Source: an uncultured Gemmatimonadales bacterium (GTDB taxonomy: Bacteria; Gemmatimonadota; Gemmatimonadetes; Longimicrobiales; RSA9). From it: a DNA stretch of 64,000 nucleotides. How positions within the stretch are numbered: position 1 is the stretch's first letter; the number at the start of each line of letters is the position of its first letter. The notes beneath the pieces were generated by a model. That model made no database searches and was not told the DNA's origin. It saw only the letters and a list, made by a program, of their open reading frames with translations. The stretch covers positions 128,001-192,000 of the forward strand of contig CAWCRS010000003.1 in the NCBI GenBank assembly GCA_963798085.1, given 5' to 3'. Of this stretch, positions 9,340 through 19,336 are shown piece by piece. Both the position numbers and the translations under genes were made by a program.

Positions 9340-12051
9340 GTGCGCACACGACGCCCCGCCCGCCGTGGCTTGGCAGACTGCTCGCGCGCGCCATCGCCGG
9401 TCCGGATGCGGATACGCTCCGCGGCGACATCGAGGAATCGTGGCGCCATCGAGCGCAGCGCGAGGGGAACACGCTGCGCGTCCGCGCGAGCTTCGTGCTC
9501 GACGTGCTGCGCTCGCTCGCGCACTGGTGGCTGCCACGCCGGCCGCGCCACCCGGCTCCAGGTTCCGGACAGAAGCGGATGATGACGGGCCTCACATGGG
9601 CCGAGCTGCGTCATGTCGCACGTGGCGTGGCCAGACGCCCGGGCTACACCGCGACCGTCGTCCTCACCCTCGGCATCGGCATCGGTGCGACGACCACGCT
9701 CTACAGTGTCGTTGACGCGATGCTCGTGCGCGCGCTGCCGTACCCGCACGCGGACCGTCTCATCGTGGTGGGCAACACGCTGCCGGACAATGGCGCAACC
9801 GGCGCCCGCGGGGGCCTGCTCCAGCTCCAGAACATGTCGCTGCCCAACATGCGCGACATACAGGCGAAGGTGCCCGACCTGGCATCGGTCGCGCTGCTGG
9901 AGCGCCGCGTCTGGCTGCCCAATGAGAGCCAGGGCCCTGCCCTGATCCAGGTGGCGAACGTCACACCGGAATTCTTCGAGATCCTCGGTGTGAAGCCGCG
10001 CCTCGGCAGGCTGCTGCGCGCGGGCGATGACCTCGATCGCGCGCACATCGAGCGCGGCTTTGCTGTGGTCATCAGCTATGATGGCTGGCAGCGTCGCTTC
10101 GGCGGCGATCCCGGCGTCATCGGCCGCACCGTCCCGGGCGGCAGCGCTTTCGCCGGTTCCACGATCGTCGGCGTGCTGCCCCGCGGGTTTCGCCAGCCAC
10201 AGGCCATCGTGCATGGCGACGTCGAATTCTTCCTTTACCTCGATCCCGGCAGTACGCGATACAGTGACCGGCAGCGTCGCGGCCTGCGCGTGCTGGCCAG
10301 TCTCAGGCCGGGCGCGAACATGACCCGGGTGCGCGCCGAGATTACCGCGGCGCAGGCGCAGCTCGTGCGCGATGTGCCTGCGGCCAACACGCTGCGTGAT
10401 GGCACGCCGGTGGGTGCAGGCTTCAACACACTTCGTGATGAGACGATCGGCAGCGCCGCCCGTCCCACCCTGGTGCTGCTGGGTGCCTCGCTGCTGCTCC
10501 TTCTGCTGGCCGGCGTGAACGCGTCCAACCTGCTGCTGGTGCGCGGCCTCGAGCGCTCCGGCAATGTCGCCATCCGCCGCGCGCTCGGTGCCGGCCGCAC
10601 ACGCATCATGGTGAGTCAGGTGCTGGAAAGCGTTGCCCTCGCGCTGCTCGGCGGACTGCTCGGTCTGTTGTTCGCGCGGCTGGGCGTCCTCGCCTTCCGG
10701 CGCTGGGGCCCGCAGGACCTGCCGCGCATCCACGAGGTCGCCGTCAACCTGCGCATCGCGCTGGCCGGCGGGCTGCTCTCGATCGCGGTCGGCGGCGGCA
10801 TCGGTCTCGTGCCCGCGCTGCGCTCCGGTCGCACCAGCGGCCTCGCCGGCATGCGCGTGCATGCGGGCGTGCAGACCCGCGAAGGCGCTCGCCTGCGCAC
10901 CGTCCTCGCCGCAACACAGCTCGCCCTTGCGCTCGTGCTCGGCGTCGGCGCCAGCCTGCTGTTCCGTTCCTTCGCGGAGTTGCGGGCTCAGCCGCTCGGC
11001 TTTCAGCCACGCCGGCTGCAGACCTTCGTCGTCCCGTACAAGTCCGAACAAATGTGGCTGGGATGGGATCAGATCCTGGGCGTCGTGCGGTCTACGCCCG
11101 GCGTCGGCAGCGCAGCCATCACATCGAATCTCCCGCTGCAGCCCGCATCCTGGCAGCCGCACGTGGAGCGGCCCGACCAGCCCGGTTCGGCCGAAGGCGT
11201 CGGCACTCAGGGCATCGTTATAACACCGGGTTATCTCGCGCTCGCCGGCATTCCGCTGCTGCGCGGACGCGACTTCAATGGCGGCGACCGGCCCGGGACA
11301 CGGCCCGTGTGTATCATCAGCCAGTCGCTGGCGCGCGCCCGCTTCGGTGACAGCGATCCCATCGGCCAGCTCCTGCATGTGGCCGGCGAATTCGGACCCG
11401 CGCTCGAATGTCGAAGTCGTGGGCCTGAGCGGCGATGCCGTGCAGGAAAGGGTCGAGGACGGCCTGCAGCCCGCCATCTACCTGCCCTACACCCAGGCCA
11501 TGCCGTTCGGACTGAACGTACTGTTATCGAGCACGCGTGATCCCGGCAGCCTTGCCGCGGAAATCCGGCAGGCGCTGGGAGCGTCCGGCTTCGCACGGTT
11601 TCCGGTCACCGATTACACCAGCCTGAGCGCGCGCGTTGAGAGCAGCCGCTCCGTGCCGCGGTTTCAGACCGCGCTGATCGGCGTGTTCGCGATCTCCGCA
11701 CTGCTGCTCGCGGCCATCGGCATCTACGGCACGCTGGCCTTCAACGTCCGTTCCCGCTCGCGCGAGCTGGGCATCCGTATGGCCATCGGCGCGCAGGCGA
11801 AGACGATTCACGCTCTCGTGATGCGCCAGGGCTTCACCGTGCTCGCCGCGGGCGTCATTGCCGGCCTCGCCGGCGCGCTGGCGCTGACCCGCCTGCTGCA
11901 GGGCTTCCTCTTCCGCGTGCAGCCGCTCGATCCGCTCGCGTTCCTCGCGGCCGTGCTCGTCGTCATCCTCGCCGTGCTGCTGGCATCGCTGCCGCCTGCA
12001 CGGCGGGCCGCGCGCATCGATCCCACCCGCAGCATCCGGGAAGTCAACTGA
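9336..12051 (+). CDS. Second ADOP-type permease; apparent +1 frameshift at ~11407
   Basis: ORF 9336..11540 joins ORF 11278..12051 (RELGIRMAIGA, PARRAARIDP) if one A is removed from GAATG 11406-11410. Confidence 0.88.
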
Positions 12052-12118
12052 TTTCAGGCGACGACGCAGCGCCGCGTTCGTCGCCCGATACTTCACCCGC
12101 CCTGCACCCGCCAGCCTC

Positions 12119-13120
12119 TCACCCGCCGTTGCGGCGCAGGAAGTCGCCCAGCACGCGGTCCAGCGCGTCCGGCTGGTCGAACATGATGAACAGCCGCGAG
12201 CCCGGTATCGTCGCGAACTCCAGCTTCGGGCTGGCCTGCCGCGCGCCCTGCCAGCTGTCAACACACAGGTTGTGCATGTAGTTGAGTCCGGGTTCGACGT
12301 ACCAGGCCGGATCGTCGAAGCCGGGCTGCACCACGAGCACGGGAACGCGCAACTCCTGCAAACGCGGTGTCAGGTCCACGGCATAGAACTCGAGCAGATA
12401 ACGGATCCACACGGGCAGCGCCGGCGCCTGCGCCTCCCGCCAGAGAAACAGACCGCGGCGGGGATTGATCGCGTAATCGTACGCCATGAAGTTGTTGTCG
12501 TCCCAGGTGCGGCGCGTCACGGTCCGGAACCAGCGCGCGCCCATGCCGTCCGCGTATGCAGCGCGCTGTGCCGCGCTCCACGCCAGCATGGCCGGCGTCG
12601 ACTCGTAGTAGCTCTTCAGCACACCGCTCACGAGCACCACACCATCCACGCGTTCCGGATGCTCGAGCGCGAGGCGCAGCGCGAGCTGCGACGCCAGCGC
12701 CCAGTGCGCCACCACCGTGACGTGCTCAATGTGCTCGCGTTCCAGCAGCGAAACGATTGCCTGCATCGAGGAATTCAACCACGGCGTCTCGGCGTAATGC
12801 GATCCCTCCGGCGGCATGGGCAGCGGCGGCGTATCCCCGAAGCCGGGCAGCGTGATCGCGTACATCGTGTACTCGCTGCGGTGTCGCTCCATGAACTCGG
12901 ACCACACATCATCGCCGAAACCGATGCCCGGAATCAGCAGCATCGTGCGCGGCCCCTCGCCGGTCTTGCGCACCCGGCCCAGTGTGCCCGCAGCGGCGGT
13001 CGTTGTGCCCGCGGCATGCCGCAGGTTGTCGAGTGTCGAGTCCTGCGCCATCGACCGCGTCTGGCCGACCGCGGTGGCAGGCAGCATCAGCAGTGCGGGA
13101 ATCGCCGAACGAAACCGCAT
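12119..13120 (-). CDS. Secreted alpha/beta-hydrolase-fold protein with atypical catalytic residues
   Basis: Signal peptide MRFRSAIPALL, LLIPG, TLPGFG, HPERV, FIMFDQP; SD upstream of 13120. Confidence 0.8.
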   Translation of the reverse strand: MRFRSAIPALLMLPATAVGQTRSMAQDSTLDNLRHAAGTTTAAAGTLGRVRKTGEGPRTMLLIPGIGFGDDVWSEFMERHRSEYTMYAITLPGFGDTPPLPMPPEGSHYAETPWLNSSMQAIVSLLEREHIEHVTVVAHWALASQLALRLALEHPERVDGVVLVSGVLKSYYESTPAMLAWSAAQRAAYADGMGARWFRTVTRRTWDDNNFMAYDYAINPRRGLFLWREAQAPALPVWIRYLLEFYAVDLTPRLQELRVPVLVVQPGFDDPAWYVEPGLNYMHNLCVDSWQGARQASPKLEFATIPGSRLFIMFDQPDALDRVLGDFLRRNGG

Positions 13121-13452
13121 GGACGCTCCTTCGCTCCTGAACGGGTTGCGGGTGCCCGCCGTGGCGCATGCACCCGCGATCGCTGCACCGGCCCACGAGT
13201 GCACGAGCCCATCGTGCGCGAGCCAATACTGCACCGCGCGCGTGTGCTGCACTACGGCGAAGTGAGCCCCACCGTTCGTAGCCGGCGATTGGCCGCCGTT
13301 GCCGGGTGGTGAATGGCATTCCCTGCAGCGCGCAGACAGGCCGCCCCGCTTGCAACAAGGGTGTTGGCGGTCGGCTCGCCGCGATTGCAACGCAGGCTGT
13401 CCGCGGCGGGTCGAAGAAGCGTTCATCCCGTTCACCTCTCCGGTGAGGACTC

Positions 13453-14643
13453 GTGCCAACGTATGGCAAGGCCGGGTGGCTGTTGCTCGCGCTCGCGTGC
13501 GCGCAGTCGCTGCGCGCGCAGCAGACGGTCGTGCTGCCGGCGAAGGACCAGAAGCTCGAGCTCCGCCTGGAGCCGCTGTACGCGGTGGGTCGCGCCGAAG
13601 GCGAAGCGTGGCAGGAATTCCAGCAGCTGAGCGGCGCCGCCTTCGGACCCGACGGCCGGCTGTATCTGCTCGACGCGCCGGCGAGCGTGGTGATCGTGGT
13701 GAACGATCACGGTCAGCTGATCCGCCGCCTCGGTTCGCGCGGCGCCGGGCCCGGCGAGTTCCGCAGCCCGAACGGCCTGGCCGCGTTTCCCGACGGACGC
13801 ATCGCGGTGTGGGCGGAGGACAAGCGCGCGTTTGTCATGTTCGATTCCGCGGGCGCCACGCTCGATGAGATCCGGCCCGGCTACGATGCGGGCCTGCCGC
13901 AGGGTCCGCTAATGCTTTGTCAGGACGGGACGCTGCTGGCCTTCGCCGCGCAGCTGGTCACGGGCAGCCTCGGGCATGCCTACCTCACCGGCTCCGGCAT
14001 CACCCGCGCCATGGGCGAGCTGCCACTCTTGCGCATCCAACTGGCGACCGGCGCGCAGGTTCAGGTCCTGGCGCGCGCGCATCTGCCGGCGCCCGAGAAG
14101 AACGCGCCGGTCTCCGCCCTGCGCGCCTTCGAACCCGAGCCCTCGGCCGGACTGCTCGCGGACGGCCGCGTCGCGCTCTTCCATGACAATGGGTATCGCG
14201 TTGACGTGCTGCGGCCGGACGGTTCGCTGGAGCGCGTGCTGACACGCCCGTTCCGCACGCGACCCACGACCGACGCGGACCGCAGCGCATTCATGAAATC
14301 GATGGCAGGCGAGCGCGTGCATTCCATGGGCTCGGCGGCGGCGGCGGCCACGCCGCCGAAGTTGCCGCAGCCGTGGTTTCATCCCGTGATCCCGCCCATC
14401 CTGCGCATTGCCGCGGACGGGCGCAGCCACATCTGGGTGCAGCGCCGCGATCCCGCGAATCCGACCCGCCCGGGCCCCGTCGATGTGCTGACCGCGGACG
14501 GGCACTACCTCGGCACGCTCGCGGGCGTGCCCCCCGGCCTGCCCGCCGCGTGGGGTCCGGACGGTCGCTTCGTTTTCCTCGAGAACACAGACATGGATGT
14601 CCCGGTGGCGCGCGTCTACCGGCTGCCCCCAACCTTGCGTTAG
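13453..14643 (+). CDS. Secreted 6-bladed beta-propeller (NHL-like) protein
   Basis: Signal peptide; GPDGRLYLLD, GAGPGEFRSP, DGHYLG. Confidence 0.82.
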   Translation: MPTYGKAGWLLLALACAQSLRAQQTVVLPAKDQKLELRLEPLYAVGRAEGEAWQEFQQLSGAAFGPDGRLYLLDAPASVVIVVNDHGQLIRRLGSRGAGPGEFRSPNGLAAFPDGRIAVWAEDKRAFVMFDSAGATLDEIRPGYDAGLPQGPLMLCQDGTLLAFAAQLVTGSLGHAYLTGSGITRAMGELPLLRIQLATGAQVQVLARAHLPAPEKNAPVSALRAFEPEPSAGLLADGRVALFHDNGYRVDVLRPDGSLERVLTRPFRTRPTTDADRSAFMKSMAGERVHSMGSAAAAATPPKLPQPWFHPVIPPILRIAADGRSHIWVQRRDPANPTRPGPVDVLTADGHYLGTLAGVPPGLPAAWGPDGRFVFLENTDMDVPVARVYRLPPTLR

Positions 14644-14774
14644 GGACGGGCCTTCACGGCTGGGGATCAGGCGACGACGCCGCTTCGAGCCGCCCTCGCG
14701 ACCGCACTGCAACGCCGGGGCCGGCTCGACCGCGGCGGGCGTTGCATCCCCTGCGGCTCGACCCATGCGGCGCC

Positions 14775-15227
14775 TCAGCGCAGCTCGCCGACCTTCAGCG
14801 CGCGCACCGCTTCCGCAATGCGCCTGGCCCGCGTCTCGGCGCGGCGCGCACTCTCGATCCAGCGCACGTAGTTCTTGCGGTAGAACGGCGCGACGGACTC
14901 GAAGAAGTTGCGCGCTTCCGGCTCTGCTTCAAGTGCACCCGCAAGGTCGGGCGCGAGTTCCGCGAGCAGCGGGCTTTCCGGCTCCAGCGCGACTTCCACT
15001 TCAGCACCCGCCTCCAGCCCCGCTCGCTTGCGCCACTGCGGCCCCAGCGACATGAACCAGCGATCGCCACTCGGCTCGATCACGCCGCGCACCCGGCTCC
15101 CACCCACCGACCCGTGCACGTAATAGCGGTCGCGACTGCCCCAGACTCCCGTCGGCTCGAATGGGATCTCGATCAGCGTCCGACCACCCGAAGCCGCCAG
15201 CCGGACGGCGAAGCGCTGAAAACTCAT
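14775..15227 (-). CDS. DUF1905 / YdeI-OmpD-associated family protein
   Basis: RKNYVRWIESARRAETRARRI C-terminal motif; N-terminal DUF1905-like IPF. Confidence 0.85.
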   Translation of the reverse strand: MSFQRFAVRLAASGGRTLIEIPFEPTGVWGSRDRYYVHGSVGGSRVRGVIEPSGDRWFMSLGPQWRKRAGLEAGAEVEVALEPESPLLAELAPDLAGALEAEPEARNFFESVAPFYRKNYVRWIESARRAETRARRIAEAVRALKVGELR

Positions 15228-15350
15228 CGGTCGTGAACTAACACGTGATTGCCATGCGGCAAAGATTGGAAATACGGCCCCCGCCGCCTGCTGCTCTGCT
15301 GGGCGCTGACGCCGGAAGCCCCATCGGACGGGGCGATACCATCATCACCG

Positions 15351-15390
15351 CCGTTCCCAGTCCCAGGCCCGAGCCCCAGCCCCAGAAACG
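15351..15390 (+). repeat. Solo copy of the modular repeat arm
   Basis: CCGTTCCCAGTCCCAGGCCCGAGCCCCAGCCCCAGAAACG. Confidence 0.75.
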
Positions 15391-15402
15391 AGCCTGGGGT
15401 GT

Positions 15403-16388
15403 TCAGCCCGTTCCCGTCAGCTCGTTGTCCGCAATGTCGGCGATCTCGTCCTCGTTGCGCCAGACGCGCTCGAGGTAGCGCAGTTCGCCTTGAATGGTGC
15501 GGCGTTCGGCGGAATCGTTGACGGCGATCTCCAGCGCCAGGCGGCGCATGGGACCGAGGCGCCAGAGCGAGCCGCGCTGCGACGCCATGCCGCGCACCAG
15601 CTCGGTGGCGGAGCCGGCCTCGCGGATCGCATCGCCGGCATCGCGCAGCATGCGGTCCGAATGCACCATCGATCTGCTGGTAAGCCAGTACGCGACGCAG
15701 GAGATCGGTGGCGTCGTCGCCCTTGATGCGGTAGACCTTGTCCGGCGTCCAGGGATCGCAGCGGTCGCAGGGCACACCCACCGCCACGTGCCCCAGCTCG
15801 TCGACCAGCGGCTGCAGCCACCAGGACAGGTCGAAGCGGACCGCCAGTAACACGCTGTTACAGTGATCGCAGCGTACCCGCCCGCCCCATGCCGCCCACG
15901 GGAAGCGGCGCCAGCGCAGCACATCGACCATGCGGATTGCTGTCCCAGGCGATCTTGATGCCGCTGTCGGTGAGGCCGATGGCTTCACTGAGGGAGGCCA
16001 GCGCGGCGAAGCTGTAGGCGCCGATGCGGGATTCGCGGCGCTCGAACTGGCGGCGCCGCTTGCGCAGCTCGCGGCCGTAGCGCCACCAGGCTTCCTCCGA
16101 GAGGTCGACCCGGCCCACGCGCACGAGCGCGTGCGTGGCCGTGTTGAGCAGCGCGACGTTGGCCGTCCTCGCCATCAGGCGGCCTTCGTCCCGCGACTTC
16201 CGCTCCAGCGCCTCGATGATCTCGAGCCGCTCGTCCAGTGGCGTCAGCGTCCAGCGATGGCAGCGGTCGCAGATGGCCCAAAGGCGGGAGCGCAGCGGGT
16301 CGAACGCCACGCGCCGCCCGCACGCGAAGGACTCGAACGATTGCGTGTCAGGAAACGGTGTGTCGCAGAAGATGCACCGTCGGATCAT
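15403..16388 (-). CDS. Hypothetical protein with four CxxC pairs; two apparent frameshifts (~15932, ~15660)
   Basis: ORFs 15858..16388, 15224..15988 and 15403..15924 join into ~327 aa by removing one base at each site; CIFC, CDRC, CDHC, CDRC. Confidence 0.72.
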
Positions 16389-16542
16389 GGACCGCCCGGC
16401 TGCTCCGCGTCTGTCCCGGTATCACCCCTCCGGATCCATCAACCCGGCGGCCAACACCCCATGAATACTAAACCTCGGCCGATGCCCGCGGAACACGCGT
16501 GGACCCGCGCGCCTGGCTACTGGCCCCCTCAAGCTTCCGTAA

Positions 16543-16870
16543 GCGTTGCTCGGGCTGGTTGCTGGGGCTGGCTGCCGGGGAACGGCTTGCTACTCCGCGC
16601 ATCGGCCGGGCTCGCGGGCTGAAGAGACACGGCATAGCACAGATTCGGAGCCTTGTCGCTGCCGAACCGAACCAACTCGATCGGACCGGGTTGCCCGGCA
16701 GGCAGGACCGTTCCCGGCATTCACACCTGGTCCCCGGCCAGACCCTGACGACGACATCCGTGTCCCAGCCCTCGCCCACAGCCCCGCCCGCTGTTGAAAT
16801 CCGTTCCCCAGCCCGAGCCCGAGCCCCAGCAGCGCCCGTCCCCGACAGCCACCCCCAGGCCCCGGCAACA
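16543..16870. repeat. Inverted pair of modular repeat arms flanking a ~215 bp core
   Basis: Left GCGTTGCTCGGGCTGGTTGCTGGGGCTGGCTGCCGGGGAACGG 16543-16585; right CCGTTCCCCAGCCCGAGCCCGAGCCCCAGCAGCG from 16801. Confidence 0.8.
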
Positions 16871-16896
16871 ACCGACTCTCGTAGCTCCAGATAGGG

Positions 16897-16922
16897 GGAA
16901 CTCGCCGCCGCCGTGTCGTGTT
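16897..16922 (+). promoter_or_regulatory. Possible ECF sigma promoter GGAAC-N18-GTT
   Basis: GGAAC 16897-16901 and GTT 16920-16922, ~100 nt upstream of ATG 17019. Confidence 0.35.
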
Positions 16923-17018
16923 AGAAGAGCGTTGGTTCTCGCCCGGCGCCCTTTCGTTCCGCTGGACGGTTCCGCACTTTAAATGGCGGAACGACTGCAG
17001 GATGCAAGGAGGTCCAGT

Positions 17019-17585
17019 ATGACCCGGTCCCGTGCGCTGCTGTTTTCTGGTCTGGGCGTCACTCTCGTAATTCCCGCTGTTCTGCTCTGGCCGCGAAGCC
17101 ATGCCGCGCCTCGCCAGGACGATCCTCGCGTCATCGCGTTGCTGCCTCGGGAAGAACAGCCCGTGATCCCGCGGGATGAAGCCGCGCCGGTTCCGAAACA
17201 CGAAGCCGCTCCGGCGCCCGCTGCGAAGGCAGACAAACCCTCGCCTGTGGCCGTGGCGCCGTCACCGGTGACCGTGCCCGCGGTGGTCGTGCCTGCGCCC
17301 ACATTCGAGCCCATGCGCGTGGTCGAGCCGGTGACCAGCACGGAGATTGCGCCGGTCGCCTTCGAGAGCCTGCCCGAGGCCTCGCCCGCACCCAGTGAAG
17401 CCGACGACGTGCCGCTCTACGTACCCGGCTCCATCGGCAAGGCGAAGCGGCAGTGGGCCGGTGGCGATGGCGCACTGGCGCAGCCCGGCAATCACACCGG
17501 AACGATCATGGTGGGTCGCGGGGGCGGCCACTGCCCCATGCCCGGGCGCGGCGGACCCATCTGGAAGATGTGTCGCACGCAGTGA
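17019..17585 (+). CDS. Hypothetical Pro/Ala-rich membrane-anchored protein
   Basis: AGGAGG SD 6 nt before ATG 17019; N-terminal hydrophobic helix; followed by a terminator. Confidence 0.6.
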   Translation: MTRSRALLFSGLGVTLVIPAVLLWPRSHAAPRQDDPRVIALLPREEQPVIPRDEAAPVPKHEAAPAPAAKADKPSPVAVAPSPVTVPAVVVPAPTFEPMRVVEPVTSTEIAPVAFESLPEASPAPSEADDVPLYVPGSIGKAKRQWAGGDGALAQPGNHTGTIMVGRGGGHCPMPGRGGPIWKMCRTQ

Positions 17586-17637
17586 TGCTTTCTCGGAGAT
17601 GCTGTAGGCCCTGAAATCCAGCGAATCCGGGAATCGG

Positions 17638-17670
17638 AACGGCACGCCGAAAGGCGTGCCGTTTTCGTTT
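17638..17670 (+). terminator. Rho-independent terminator
   Basis: AACGGCACGCC-GAAA-GGCGTGCCGTT perfect 11-bp stem followed by TTCGTTT. Confidence 0.85.
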
Positions 17671-17713
17671 CCTGTCTGCGTTGTTGCAATGTGCTGTTAA
17701 CTTCGGCGTTCGC

Positions 17714-19135
17714 ATGATCACACGCATCTCCTCGCCCAACCTGGCCGCCCTTCCGCGGCGAACCCCGCATGGGCCCCGCTCGCGACCGCGGGCCGCCACG
17801 CTGTTCGCAGGCGAGGTGCGGCGCCTGCTGCGCCTGGCCGGCCCGATCATCGTGAGTCAGCTCGGTCAGGTGGGCATGAACACGGCGGACACGGTGATGG
17901 TGGCGCCGCTGGGCGCCACGTCGCTCGCGGCCGCCGGGCTGGGCACTGCCCTGCACTGGCTGGGCGTGATCGTGTGCATGGGCGTCCTGATCGGTGTCTC
18001 GCCGCTGGTGAGTCAGGCGTTCGGCGCCCGCGACATGGCGAGGTGCCACCGCGTTCTGGTGCAGGGCCTGTGGCTGGCGCTGCTGCTGTCGCTGCCGCTG
18101 ACGCTGCTGTCACTGGCCGGTGGCGCGGTGGCGCTCGCCATGGGTCAGGACCCGGTCGTCGCCCGCCTGACAGGGAGTTATCTCACGGCGCTCGCACCCG
18201 GCATCCTGCCCCTGCTCCTGTTCCTTGCCGTGCGCGAATACCTCGAAGGCATGGGCTACGTGCGCGCGCCCATGCTGATCACCTTCCTGGGACTGGCCGT
18301 GAACATCGTGGCTAACCGCGTGTTGATCTACGGCCTGCCCGGTCTGGTACCGGCCCTCGGTGTGGCTGGCGCCGGCTGGGCCACCACGCTGGTCCGCTGG
18401 GTCATGCTGAGCGCCGTGCTGCTCTGGCTGCGGTCCCATCCGCGATTGCGCGTGCACCGCGGCGAGGGCATTGCGCCGGAGCGGCGGCTGCTGGGTGCCA
18501 TCGTGCGCGTGGGTCTTCCCATTGGCGGGCAGCTGGGCCTCGAGACGGGTCTCTTTTCACTGGCAGCCGTGATGATGGGCTGGCTGGGCCAGGTCGAGCT
18601 CGCCGCGCACCAGGTCACCATCAACATCGCCTCCACCACCTTCATGGTGGCGCTGGGCGTGAGCATGGCGGGCTCCATCCGGGTGGGGCAGTACGTAGGT
18701 GCTCGCCGACCCAGGCGCATGCGCCGCGCCGCTCTGGCCACGTACCTGCTGGCGGTGAGCTTCATGGGGTTGTGCGCGCTCGTTTTCGTAAGCGCGCCGC
18801 GCACACTCATCGGTTTCTACACACGCGACCCGGCGATCCTCGCGCTGGGTGCGCGTCTGCTGCTGCTGGCCGCGGCGTTCCAGGTGTTCGATGGCGCGCA
18901 GGTCGCGGGCGCTGCCGTGCTGCGCGGTGCCGCGGACACGCGCGCCGCAGCCGTGATCGCGGGCGTCGGCTACTGGTTGGTGGGCGTGCCGCTCACCTGG
19001 CTCCTCGCCTTCCCGCTTCACATGGGCCCCGTCGGCGTCTGGAGTGGCCTGACGGCAGGCCTGATGGTGACTGCACTGCTGCTCGCCTGGCGCGTGCAGT
19101 TCCGCCTGTGGAGACTGGCGGTCGAGCCGCAATAG
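17714..19135 (+). CDS. MATE family efflux transporter (NorM-like)
   Basis: LAGPII.SQLG, DTVMV, LAAHQV, FQVFDGAQV, LRGAADT; about 12 TM segments. Confidence 0.93.
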   Translation: MITRISSPNLAALPRRTPHGPRSRPRAATLFAGEVRRLLRLAGPIIVSQLGQVGMNTADTVMVAPLGATSLAAAGLGTALHWLGVIVCMGVLIGVSPLVSQAFGARDMARCHRVLVQGLWLALLLSLPLTLLSLAGGAVALAMGQDPVVARLTGSYLTALAPGILPLLLFLAVREYLEGMGYVRAPMLITFLGLAVNIVANRVLIYGLPGLVPALGVAGAGWATTLVRWVMLSAVLLWLRSHPRLRVHRGEGIAPERRLLGAIVRVGLPIGGQLGLETGLFSLAAVMMGWLGQVELAAHQVTINIASTTFMVALGVSMAGSIRVGQYVGARRPRRMRRAALATYLLAVSFMGLCALVFVSAPRTLIGFYTRDPAILALGARLLLLAAAFQVFDGAQVAGAAVLRGAADTRAAAVIAGVGYWLVGVPLTWLLAFPLHMGPVGVWSGLTAGLMVTALLLAWRVQFRLWRLAVEPQ

Positions 19136-19336
19136 CTTCGCCATCGGAGCAGGTGAAGCGGCAACGCCGGATCCCTTGCCGGAACTCCGCGCGACGGCAT
19201 TCACTGCGGGGCAGACCGGCGGCGGCACCCATGTGCAGTGACACGCGCGTCTTCTGATAATGCGGTGTTGGATGGTTCTGATCGGCTTGCGCCGAGTCGC
19301 GGCGGTGCCGCTTCCTGAGGAACGACCTTGTGTGGA

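Noticed and set aside
13340..13420. Two TGCAAC hexamers as ECF promoters
   Set aside because: No consistent -10 element at matching spacing
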